NCBI GenBank assembly: GCA_013416795.1
Contig: RQSC01000018.1
Location: forward strand, 204,053-268,052
DNA: 64,000 nt
Direction: 5' to 3'
Origin: Prasinococcaceae sp. CCMP 1430
Taxonomy: Eukaryota; Plantae; Prasinodermophyta
The position numbers and the translations under genes were made by a program. Shown here in pieces: positions 43,352-53,325 of this stretch. The notes below the pieces were generated by a model. The model saw only the letters and a list, made by a program, of their open reading frames with translations, had not been told where the DNA came from and ran no database searches. Position 1 is the first letter of the stretch; every line of letters begins with the position of its first letter.

Positions 43352-44406
43352 TTACGCGCGCTCAGCCTCGGCCTTTGCTCTCGCTGCGCACACGTCGATC
43401 CTGTCTAGGAGCCAGTGGTCCTTGGGCGCGCCCGCTGCCCACTCGCCGAGGCTCGCCTCATCGTCTACATCCACGAGCATCGGCAGCGTCGTCGCGGGCG
43501 CCACGGACGCACCCGCGGCGGCGAGTGCAGCTTCAGTGCGTGCGCGTACCTCGGATGTGCTCCATGGAATGTCCTCGAAGGCCTGCGGCACGCTGCGCCC
43601 CCCGAGTGCGAGCAAGTAGTACCCACCGTCGGCGGCAGGGCCAATGCAAGCGTCGAAGCCGGGCGGGTGCTCTATGCCGCGCACTGCAGCGACTGCCGCG
43701 TTGATGGTGTCAGCGGTCAGGCCCGGCGCATCGCTGCCGATTGCGACGACGACGGGCACATCCGCCGCCTTTGCGGCGGGCTCGTCGCTCCCGTCCGCCT
43801 CCCCGCATGCGAACGCGTCCTCGAACGCGTGCGACAGCCTGGGTCCGAGGCCGTCCGCTTGGTGCTGCGCGACGACCTCATATTCCCGTGCGAGTGCGCC
43901 GCCGCGCAGTGACGCGACAAACTTTCTCATCGCCCCTACCTCGCTTGCGTCCGCGACCATCAACGCCTTGCGCGTGAGCGCCGTCACACGCGCGCCCTCA
44001 ACGAGCGTGTGCTCGAGCATGCGTGCGTAGAGCGCTGCGGCAGCGCCATCGCCGGCCGTCGCCGCGAGGCGTGTCTTCACCTTGCCCGCGACAGGCAGCC
44101 TCGCAAAGACAAGCAGTGACGTACTTGCCGGCGCTCGCGCCTTCGCAGCCCCCCCATAGCCCGCGTCCGCTTCCTCGGCAGCTTCCTGGGTGGCGCGCAG
44201 CAGCGGATGCGCACGGGAGGGAGGGGCGGTGTTAGAGCGCCTATGCGCCTCGAGGCTGCTCGCCCGTGCGGCCGCGTGCGCGGGCCGGCTGGGCGCGCCG
44301 TCACCTCAATGCCGTGCCCTTGCATTGCCGCCGAGGCCTCATTGATCGACACCGTCGGCAATTGCGTCGCCCTGCGGTACGACTCGCCAGTCCTGTTCGA
44401 CGCCAT
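43352..44406 (-). CDS. DUF2064 / TIGR04282-type CofC-like glycosyltransferase (exons 44406-44305, 44185-43352)
   Basis: LLVFARLPVAGKVKTRLA, GLGPRLSHAF, IGSDAPGL, IGPAADGGYYLLAL, FEDIPWST, LVDVDD. Phase-0 intron GTGACG...CCCAG. Confidence 0.87.
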
Positions 44407-44748
44407 CGCGCGCGTGCCAGCGCGCACCGGCCGCGCGCGGCTGCAGACGCGCGTGAGCGCGCCAGTCGTGGGCCCGCCCACGCACGTGCAAGGTCGCAGG
44501 GGTGCGTCGGCAGGCAGCGCTCCCCAACGAGCGCGCAGAGAAGCTCTCGAGGCTGCGTGCGCACATACACACGCACACGTATGGCGCGAGCGCGGCGCCT
44601 TGCCCCGACCTCCGCGGCCGCAAGGTGTGCTCAGACGCACAGCCGGGAAATCCTCTCGCGGCATTGGCGGCGCCTGCAGCGGACTGCGCGTTGGCGGCAG
44701 AGGGTGCTGCGGGGCGACACGTTCACACGCGTGCGAGACTTTCGATGC

Positions 44749-47739
44749 TTACTCCACGCCAGGGACGTCTACGGCGCCGCGCTCCTTGTCTCCCTCGTCT
44801 CCTATCGCCGCCTCGGGCGCGTCGCTCAGGACTCGCACGAGGGTCTCGAGCATGGCGGTGCCGCCGGCGTCGGCTGCGGTCCGAAAGTCGCACCCCGCGG
44901 GCGTCTCCCGTGACCAGTTCATGCTGGCGATTGTGATGTCGTCCGGGCAGCCACGATTGGCGCGCCGCACGCTGGCGAGGTAGGCCAAGTGAGCAGCGGC
45001 TCCTTTGGCCTTGACGCGCCGCACCGCTGCGGCAACCTCGGAGTCTTTGGCGACGTCCCAGAGGCCGTCCGACGCGACCACTAGCTGGGCCCAACCCACC
45101 GCGGGAGGCAGCCTGCCCAGGTCGACCTGGCACACGTGTGGCGTGCCCATGACGCAGGCGTGCGCACGCGCATCACCCAGCGAGCGGCTCACGGCGAGGC
45201 CCCCGGGGTACACGCGCAGCGGCCCGACCAGCATGCCCGTGGAGCGCTCCTGTATGCGTCCCACGACAGCCCCGGCGGCCCTGACGCGGCGGACCTCTGA
45301 CTGCGAGTCTTCCGGGCGATGGTCCACAGAGAGGCGCACGTGCGCGGGTACGATGCCCTTGAAGAGGCCCGAGACGGCGCTGCCGCACTTCCCCCCGCTG
45401 CCTGGCCCAGCGCCCTCGTGCACCTCGGGCGTGATCAGTACGCACCTCGAGTCGCCCGCGTTGGCGACTGTGACAACGTCGCCGACAATCACCACCACTG
45501 TAGCGGTAGCCCCCGCTTTGACGCACGCGGCCTTGATCTCGGCGTCGAGTCGCTCCATGGCAGAGGTCAAAGCCGCGGGAAGAGCTGCCACGAGCGCCCC
45601 ATCGGTCGTCGGCGACGCGCCTACTACGGGCGCCAGCGCGTCGAGCAGTGCAACCGGAAGGCGTTGGCGCGCCATCTCGGCTCCCTCGGCGCCACCGTGC
45701 CCGTCAAAAACACAGAACAGCCGCGCGCCCTTGAGCGCGCTCGCCTCGAGCTCTTCGTCGCTGAGGGTGCTGCGCCATTCGAGGTAAGTGCCGCCCACAC
45801 CGCTTTTGGCCGCGCGCCTCCCCGAGGGCAGCACCAGCACGCGGTCCTCTCCCTTGGCACACCTGGCGTGCACACGCCAGTCGATCGTCCAGGGGCCATT
45901 GACTGGCGTGTCCGTTGAGCGGCGTGGGTGCGTGAACGAAATCATCTCGTCGCAGCTGCCGGGGGGCGCTGTGAGAGAACCCCCTGTTGCGGCGCTGCTG
46001 TGGCCCATGGCGGCCCGCTTGGCGTCGCATCTCCCCGCTGCCACGGCGCGCCGCAGGCGCAGCCTGGCTCTCGCTCCTCTCGCCGCCAATCTGGCCCAAG
46101 CAAGGCGAAGGCGCGCTCCAGCGAGCTCCCCACTCGTCATACCGGTGGAGACGTACTTGAACACTGGCTTGACGCTGGTCAGCAGGTTCGCGGGATTGTC
46201 CTCGATCCCGTCCCCTGTGTCGCGCGCCGCGCCCCCACGCGCCGAGCCCTCCCTTGCGAGCGAGTGCAGGTTCATCAGGAGCGCAACGATGTCCTCGCGC
46301 TCCATGATGCCGACGCGCTCTGTTGCACTCTCGAGCTCTTCATTCCCGGCTGCGCTGGCGGCGGCTCCTTGGCCTGGCGCGGTGTCCATGCCGCCAGAGC
46401 TGGGGGGCGCGCTCGCGAGCCAATCGACCGCCCAGAAGTAGCCCCCGACCACACCCATCGCCGTCACCAGCACCACTAGTGCTAGCGCCAGCCCCCCGAG
46501 GGCGCGCCACCCTACCGCGCTCGTCGCGTTTGCAGCGCCCGCGCCGTACACGACCCCCAAAAGCCCATTGTCGGTGACGGTGACCCCAAAGATCAAGCCT
46601 ACGAGCGCACCCACACCGTGCACGGCGATGGTGTTGAGTGCATCATCGATGCGCACGTTGGCGAGCGCGAGAGTGGCGGCCACGAAGCCCAGCCCTGCAC
46701 AGGCTCCAATGAGCGCGGCCACATGCAGGTCCACGGTGCCGGCGACTGCAGTGGCCGCCGCAGCGCCTGCGAGTGCCCCGCGCACGGCCGTGTAAGGCGC
46801 TAACACGCCGAAGCCTCGTCCGCGGTGCCACGAGACCACGGACACGGCGGCGCACGCTACAAGCGCGCCCGTGGCGGGCGCCATGACCAGCGCGGCTGTT
46901 GCGGCGCCGACAACGTCCGCAGAGCCCATTGTACCGCCTGCGACGAGAGCCCACGGTACCGCGAGCGCACCGCTCAGCAGCAAGCCCACGAGCAGCACGA
47001 GCGCGCTCACCCCACCGAGGCCGTCATTCGAGCCCTCGAGGCCGCTCGCAGGAGCGTCTTCATCACCGGTGCCCCTGGGCGCCTCTTCCTTCGAGGCGGC
47101 CGGCCTTGCAAAGCGCCGCCGGCCGCGCATGTCGCGGCGCGATCCACGCACCAGTGCCATCGCCAGCACGGCCGACCCCGCGGCGAGGTGGGTGCATGCC
47201 GCACCCCCTACGTCGAGCGCGCCCGTGGCTGCCAGCCCCCCCCCGCCACTTGCGCCGGGGGCGAGCGCGCCCCCGTGGGACCATGCGACGCGCATCGCCA
47301 CAGGGCTCACCACGCCACCGATGAGCGCGCCCAGCGAGGCGCTCGAGAGCATGGTGGGCGCGCGGTCCCCCGCCCCGGCAGACGCGACTGCCGCTGCCAA
47401 CGCCGCCAACGCGGCCAGGTGCGCGCGCGCCAGCTCCATTTCGCCGCCCCCGCCTTCGATCGCACCGAGCCCCGTGGCGCCTCCCGCAGCAACCTGAGCT
47501 GCTTCACCCGCTACGCGCCAACCCCACGCTGCGAAAGCGACCACGGCCGCAACGATGGCCACGACCGCGCGCCCTGCCTGCGCACCCGCGCCGCCCCCCG
47601 CCTGCACGCTGCCCGCGGCGCCCCCTCCGGCGCCGCACCCCCTCTGCCTTTGCTGCCGACGGCGGCCGTTGCGGAGGCGGCTCTGCGAGCCCAGGCGCTG
47701 GCTCTGGCGCCGCAGCCGCCGCAGCGGCGTGCTCTTCAC
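44749..47739 (-). CDS. Degenerate ammonium transporter fused to a C-terminal PP2C (clade H-like) phosphatase; start uncertain (possible ATG 47809 in another frame)
   Basis: AMT part: AGDR, VAWSHGG, GALDVGGAACTHLAAG, GALAGAAAAT, RIDDALNTIAVHGVGALVG. PP2C part: KGEDR, VFDGHGG, VANAGDSR, LSVDHR, GPLRVYPGGLAVSRSLGD, VASDGLWD, DDITI. One ORF of 996 codons. Confidence 0.87.
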   Translation of the reverse strand: MKSTPLRRLRRQSQRLGSQSRLRNGRRRQQRQRGCGAGGGAAGSVQAGGGAGAQAGRAVVAIVAAVVAFAAWGWRVAGEAAQVAAGGATGLGAIEGGGGEMELARAHLAALAALAAAVASAGAGDRAPTMLSSASLGALIGGVVSPVAMRVAWSHGGALAPGASGGGGLAATGALDVGGAACTHLAAGSAVLAMALVRGSRRDMRGRRRFARPAASKEEAPRGTGDEDAPASGLEGSNDGLGGVSALVLLVGLLLSGALAVPWALVAGGTMGSADVVGAATAALVMAPATGALVACAAVSVVSWHRGRGFGVLAPYTAVRGALAGAAAATAVAGTVDLHVAALIGACAGLGFVAATLALANVRIDDALNTIAVHGVGALVGLIFGVTVTDNGLLGVVYGAGAANATSAVGWRALGGLALALVVLVTAMGVVGGYFWAVDWLASAPPSSGGMDTAPGQGAAASAAGNEELESATERVGIMEREDIVALLMNLHSLAREGSARGGAARDTGDGIEDNPANLLTSVKPVFKYVSTGMTSGELAGARLRLAWARLAARGARARLRLRRAVAAGRCDAKRAAMGHSSAATGGSLTAPPGSCDEMISFTHPRRSTDTPVNGPWTIDWRVHARCAKGEDRVLVLPSGRRAAKSGVGGTYLEWRSTLSDEELEASALKGARLFCVFDGHGGAEGAEMARQRLPVALLDALAPVVGASPTTDGALVAALPAALTSAMERLDAEIKAACVKAGATATVVVIVGDVVTVANAGDSRCVLITPEVHEGAGPGSGGKCGSAVSGLFKGIVPAHVRLSVDHRPEDSQSEVRRVRAAGAVVGRIQERSTGMLVGPLRVYPGGLAVSRSLGDARAHACVMGTPHVCQVDLGRLPPAVGWAQLVVASDGLWDVAKDSEVAAAVRRVKAKGAAAHLAYLASVRRANRGCPDDITIASMNWSRETPAGCDFRTAADAGGTAMLETLVRVLSDAPEAAIGDEGDKERGAVDVPGVE

Positions 47740-48457
47740 CGTGACCTCCCGGAGCAGGAGGAAAGCGCGCGCCCGCCGCGCCCCGGGGAACGCAGCACAG
47801 ACCCCTCATCCGGGCGGGGCCGGGACGGCGCCGCGCCGCTCGGCCAACCGAACCGAATCGAACCAACCAGAAACGAGCAGCCCCTCTCGCAACTCAAGCA
47901 CAGTCGTATCCTCGCGCCCATATGCGCCGCACGGCACGGTCGGACGGCCGAACCGTACGTGGGTACATTCAGTTAAACTGACTGTGTGGGTTCAACTGAC
48001 TGTGTGGTCGGGCTCTCCCGTTCCAAAAGGCGCAGCCCACATGATGGGGCCTGTTCCCCGGCGGACCTCTCGCGAGGGGGCACCGGGCCAGGTCAGCGGC
48101 AGGTGCGCGCGGTCCCTCCACCGCGGGGCGCCCGTGCGGGGCCTCGGGCGCCCGCGCGCATGCTCTGCACGCAGCATTCGGTTGGTCAACGCGCGGGGGC
48201 GCTGGGGCTCGGGTTGCGGCCCGGCAAATAATACGACGCCGCGGTGGCCCCACTCGCGGTGCCGCGCCACTTTGCGCCCCCGCCGCACCGCCACCCTGCG
48301 CCGCAGAGGCGCAGAGGCGGCAGCGGCGGTCGCTGCCGGGGGGAGGGGTCTGCGCGAAAGCTGCAGGGCAGAGCGGCGGCTCGTGCGAGGCGCGTTCACG
48401 AGCGCGCGCGCCCACTGCTGGCGGGGCGGGGTGGTGGGACGCGCGCGGGCAGCGGCG

Positions 48458-50263
48458 ATGGCAGGCGAGCTTGACGTGCTGGCGGCGCGCGTGACCGAGG
48501 CGGAGCGCGCCGCCAATGCCCTCTTCATGGCGACGGGGGTCGCGCTCGTGATGCTGATGCAGGCGGGCTTCGGCGCGCTGGAGGTGGGGGCGGTGCGTAC
48601 CAAGAACACGCGCTCACTGATGCTCAAGAACGTGATTGACTTCAGCGTCGGCACGATCATGTTCTGGCTGGTGGGGTACGGCGTGGCCTTCCCCGGCGCG
48701 GGCGCACGCGGCTTTGCGCTGCGCGGCAACGTTGCCGAGGTCGCGGGGGAGGGTGCGGGCGTCGCGGGCGAGGGCTCCTTCCTGCACTTCGCGCTCCTGC
48801 TTGCCTACGCGAGCACGAGCACCACCATCGTGTCGGGCGCGCTCGCGGAGCGCACTCGTCTGAGCTCCTACGTGGTCTTCGCGGCACTGGCCTTTCCTTT
48901 TATGTCGGGTTTGCCGATGCGGTGGACGTGGGGCCACGAGGGGTGGCTGAATGCGGCGGCGCGCGACGGGGGCGGGGCGGCGCCGCAGCCGCAGCTACTC
49001 GACGTGGGTGTGGTCGACTTCGCGGGCAGCGGCGTCGTCCACATGGTGGGCGGCGTCGCGGCGGGCGTGGGCTCGTGGATGGTGGGCCCGCGACTCGACG
49101 AACGTGGGGTGGCACGCTTCGCAGAAGGCTGTCGCGAGGGCGACTTCATGCCTCACGCGCCCGCCTTAAGCACACTCGGCGCGCTGATCCTGTGGTTTTG
49201 CTGGTACGCCTTCAATGCCGCGTCCGCGCTTGGCGTGGTGGGCAGCGTGTCCGTGGTGGCTCGCGTGGTCGTGACCACCACCCTGGCGGCGGCGGCCTCA
49301 GGCTGCTCAGGCTTTGTCGCCTTCCTGGTCTTGCCCGCGCAAGTGCAACCCTTCGAGATGATCAATTGCCTGCTTGCCGGTCTCGTGGCGGTCACAGCGG
49401 GTTGCCCGGTGCTGAGCAACTGGGCGGCAGTCGTGGTGGGCGTGCTAGCGGCCGCTGTGTACTTGGGCTCCTCACGCCTCGCGCGCCGCATGGGCGTGGA
49501 TGACCCCGTGGACGCCGCTGCGCTCCACGGCTGCTGCGGCGCGCTGGGAGTGCTAATGGCAGGATTGCTTGCGGACGCCGAGCTGCTGGAGTCGACCTAC
49601 GGCGCTGGTGCGGGGCGTGCTGGCGCTTACGGCGTGCTCCTCGGCGGCGGGTGGCGACGGATGGGTGCGCAGGTGGTGGGCGTGTGTGTGTATGGCGCGT
49701 GGGGGCTGGCGCTCAGCCTCGTACTATTCGGCGCGCTCAAGCGCTCGCGTATCGTGTGGTGGGCACGCATGAAGAAAGCCGAACAGGACGGCCTCGACCT
49801 GTCGCTGTTCACGCGCGAGGAGCTGGTGGAGCGCTTCGGGAACGGCCTGCGCGTGTGCGCGCACGAGGAAATGAGCGGCATCGACGTGAGCTACCACGAC
49901 GGGCTGGCGTACCCGCCGTATCTCACGCCCTTCATCGACAGCATCAATGTGCTGCGCGAGCTGCAGCTGGCCTCGATGTGGGGCACCCTTCCCATACCAC
50001 CGAGCGCCCCGGGCGAAGAGAGCGGCAGAGACGGCAGCGAGGACGCCGACGACTCGTCCGCCAGGGGTCAGGCGGGGTCGACGGGCTTCGACCTGCTTCT
50101 TCGCCCCCGCGTGACCGACTCCAACAGGCAGCCCCTCGCAGCACGCGGCGCAGCGTACAAGCCCGACATGCGCCGCCGCTGGGGGAAGGGGGTGGCGGCC
50201 CCGCTCGCCGCGCCCACCGCCGCGGACGGTGCGCTCGCGCGCAAGACCGACGAGTCGCCGTGA
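48458..50263 (+). CDS. AMT1: Ammonium transporter, AMT1-type
   Basis: MQAGFGALEVGAVRTKN, TIVSGALAER, WTWG, DFAGSGVVHMVGG, GPR, LWFCWYAFN, LAGLVAVTAGC, DDPVDAAALHG, LRV...EEMSGID. Confidence 0.96.
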   Translation: MAGELDVLAARVTEAERAANALFMATGVALVMLMQAGFGALEVGAVRTKNTRSLMLKNVIDFSVGTIMFWLVGYGVAFPGAGARGFALRGNVAEVAGEGAGVAGEGSFLHFALLLAYASTSTTIVSGALAERTRLSSYVVFAALAFPFMSGLPMRWTWGHEGWLNAAARDGGGAAPQPQLLDVGVVDFAGSGVVHMVGGVAAGVGSWMVGPRLDERGVARFAEGCREGDFMPHAPALSTLGALILWFCWYAFNAASALGVVGSVSVVARVVVTTTLAAAASGCSGFVAFLVLPAQVQPFEMINCLLAGLVAVTAGCPVLSNWAAVVVGVLAAAVYLGSSRLARRMGVDDPVDAAALHGCCGALGVLMAGLLADAELLESTYGAGAGRAGAYGVLLGGGWRRMGAQVVGVCVYGAWGLALSLVLFGALKRSRIVWWARMKKAEQDGLDLSLFTREELVERFGNGLRVCAHEEMSGIDVSYHDGLAYPPYLTPFIDSINVLRELQLASMWGTLPIPPSAPGEESGRDGSEDADDSSARGQAGSTGFDLLLRPRVTDSNRQPLAARGAAYKPDMRRRWGKGVAAPLAAPTAADGALARKTDESP

Positions 50264-51284
50264 GCCCGCACTCGCCGCGCCGCCGCGCGGCGCCAGCGGC
50301 CGCGGCGCCACCCCCTCCCAGTGGGACTCCGAGGGGGGGCGTACCCATGATCCCTTCGGGGGGCCGCCGACCGCGCACTGCGAACCCCACCGCGACGTGA
50401 TCCGGTGACGTCATGTGCCTCGCCAGTCACTGAAGACCCGGCCGGCGGGGCTGCGGCGCTCCCATCAAAACGCATGGCGGTGGTGCGCGCGCGCGCGAAG
50501 TGCGCGACATTGAGTTGCGAGCGTACCTTTCGACACGATACGCAACTTCGCCAGCTTGCACCGACGGCAACATCTGTCGCGAGGTGCGCTGTGCGCAATC
50601 CGCCGAGACGTAGCACCACGGGAGAGCGTGCAGCTGCCGTCATGGTAATCGACTAATTGTCTGGCGCTCTCGACGTTGCGTGTGTTAGTGCGTGCGTGCC
50701 GACGTGGGCGGATCTGGGCCGCGCGAGCCCAGATTCGCTGAGGATTTTGCTCCTCCTGTCGGCGCCGACAGGACGCACGACTGGCGCCGTCGGTGGGTGG
50801 GTGTGGTCGGGGTGGGGGGCTGCGGCGAGGCCCGGGCGCGCGATGCGGCGCGCGCTCCCAGGGCAGGCGTGCGCAATTTTCCCGGCGGCGTTCGGATCAT
50901 CCCATCACATTCTAATGCGAGGTGCCCCCTCGGGCGGACCCGAAAGCGCCCGAGACGTAACGTGAGCAGCATCACTGCGCACATGGGTGGCTCTGGGTTT
51001 TAGTGCGACAGCGGTGGGCCGTCGCGGCCACACGTGCGGACGCTCACCGCTTGGCTGGCGCCGGCTGGGCCGCGAACACGGATGCAATCGGGGCGCAATC
51101 GGCCGCGCGGCGGGCTCACTCCCCCGCGGCCACCCGATGGGGCGCGGAGACGGCCGCGGGCTTGCGGAGTGCGCGGCGGCGGTGGCGGCACGCGCGCCAC
51201 GGCGCGGGCGGCGGCACGAGCGTTTGGTTAGGGCAAGCCAGCGGCCGGCCGGCCGCGCCTCGAACGCGCGCGCGCGCGGCGTAC

Positions 51285-51410
51285 GTATCGCAGGAGCACG
51301 TCGGCGAGGCACCCGAGCCCCGAGCCCTGGGCCTTCTCCACCTCCATCTGCGCCATGATCTGCGCCACCACCTTGCGCGCGATCGCCTCGGTGTACCCCT
51401 CGAGCGTCAT
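51285..51410 (-). CDS. Orphan first exon of a bromodomain-associated histone-fold protein (TAF8/TAF3-like)
   Basis: MTLEGYTEAIARKVVAQIMAQMEVEKAQGSGLGCLADVLLRY followed by a GTACGC donor. Downstream exons not recognised. Confidence 0.5.
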
Positions 51411-52029
51411 CGCACGCCGCGGGGAGCTCCCCCGCGCGCGCGCTCTGCCCCCCCACCCCCACCCGCACCCCGCTGCCGGGCGTGCTCGCGCACGCTTCGT
51501 GCGCCGGCGTTTCGCGCTCTCGGCGAGCGATACCAGCGGGGGACGCAAAGAAGTATCGAAGCACTGCGGCGAGACCAGAGCGGGTGCGCCGCGCGTCGGG
51601 AGCGGCGCGCGCCAGTGGCCGCGGTGGCGGGCGAGGCCCCCCCGCTCCCCCCCCTCCCAAACTCACCCACCTCCGTGCCTCGCAATGCTGCTGCCGGCGA
51701 CCCCGGCGGCCGGCGCGGCGCCGGCGCGAGGTGCGCAAAATTGGGCAGCGCGCGCGTGCCCGGCGCGAGCCCCGGAGGCGTGTTCGCTGAACACATCAAA
51801 TTCCCATGCGCACGACAAAAAGGCCCGCACCGCGCGACGGTTGCCCGATCCGCCCGTTTCGGTACGTGCGGATGTCAGCCGCACGGACGCGGCGGGGGGG
51901 TCCGCGCGCATTCGGCGGGGCGGCCGAGGCGTGCCACAGTGCACACGTAGCCACAGCCCGCGCATCCCCTCGCCTCACAACTGCCACGGTGTACACACGC
52001 AGGGCACACAAGCGACACTCGCGGTCATC

Positions 52030-53130
52030 ATGGGGCGCACGTCTGTCGCGACAGGCATGATCGGCATGGCGATGCTCTCGACGACCGGCACCAGCACTGC
52101 CCGTTCGCTCCTCGCGGTTGCTCCGAGCACGGCGGCTACCAATGGCAACCAGACGGCAGTAGCGGTCGCCGAGGCGGCGCTGTCGAGCGAGCACGGCAGC
52201 TCGCTCATGGGCACCAACGTGTGCGAGGGCAAGAAGCCACTCCACGCCGACGCCAACGCACAGGACGAGTACTTCAAGAACGTCGACTGCTTCGTCGACA
52301 CCGTCATCCAGACGCTGGAGCAGGCCGGAGCCAATGTCACCGAGGGGTACAACGGCGAGCTCGACGTGGGCGACCGCGTGCCTATCACCGAGCCGTACTG
52401 GAAGGCGGGCCTGTGTCCGGTGAATGTGCACTGGCACTACGGCGCCGAGCACCTGTCGGTCGGTGAGTACGACGAGGCCGGCAAGGGACCCAAGCCCATC
52501 GTGGACGACTCCACCCCCACCAACACCACCATTCTTTCAAAGGCAGGCGATGAGGACGTGCGCGAGGGCTTCCAGTGCCACCTTTACAACGAAAGTGAGA
52601 GCAGGTTCACCGCCGAGTACGACTGGAAGCACTGTGTGGGCATGCGCGTGGGGAAGACGTACGAGGTCCACTGGCCTCACAGCGCGGCGGGCGCCTGCGG
52701 CACGCCCAACCAGTACCAGACCCCTTTCTACGACGGCGTCTTCTGCACCGACGGCGTCATCTCGCTTGACCCGCTCAACACGTACCAGAAGATCGGCGTG
52801 CAGTCGCAGGTGTACACCATCGTCAACGACGAGACGTACTACTACCCCGACCTGATCCGCGGCATGATCGTAGACGGCGACTACGGCACGGACGTTGCTA
52901 TGTACACCGGTTCGACGACCGGCACGACGCGCGACAACGAGGTCTGCTCTCGCTTCACGCCGATCACCTGGCAGGTGGACCGCAAGTGTCACCTCATCTC
53001 GGCGTCGTCGTTCGATAAGATGTGCGCGGACATGAAGGCACAGCGTGACGACATGAGCAGTGATTTGTACGCCCACGGCTCTCGCGAGCTGGTGGCTGAC
53101 GAGCTGGCGGCGAACAACCATCAGGGTTAG
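52030..53130 (+). CDS. Delta-class carbonic anhydrase (TWCA1-like)
   Basis: CPVNVHWHYGAEH, YEVHWPHS, YQTPFYDGVFC, IGVQSQVY, YTGSTTG, ITWQVDRKCH, SFDKMC, HGSRELV. Hydrophobic, Ala/Thr-rich N-terminal leader. Confidence 0.93.
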   Translation: MGRTSVATGMIGMAMLSTTGTSTARSLLAVAPSTAATNGNQTAVAVAEAALSSEHGSSLMGTNVCEGKKPLHADANAQDEYFKNVDCFVDTVIQTLEQAGANVTEGYNGELDVGDRVPITEPYWKAGLCPVNVHWHYGAEHLSVGEYDEAGKGPKPIVDDSTPTNTTILSKAGDEDVREGFQCHLYNESESRFTAEYDWKHCVGMRVGKTYEVHWPHSAAGACGTPNQYQTPFYDGVFCTDGVISLDPLNTYQKIGVQSQVYTIVNDETYYYPDLIRGMIVDGDYGTDVAMYTGSTTGTTRDNEVCSRFTPITWQVDRKCHLISASSFDKMCADMKAQRDDMSSDLYAHGSRELVADELAANNHQG

Positions 53131-53325
53131 TCTCTCCGGCAAGAGGACGCACCACCGACGACTGTGCACGTGGAGCCCCCGTGGCGTTCCACTTGTCCTT
53201 TTTGATGAGTTCTGTAGAGTACGCGGACAGGCCAGGAACGGACAGGCCGTGTAAAGCTATATGTACAAGTGATACACTTCATCATACAGAACATTAATAC
53301 AACAAATTGCGCGCACAGCGCCCGC

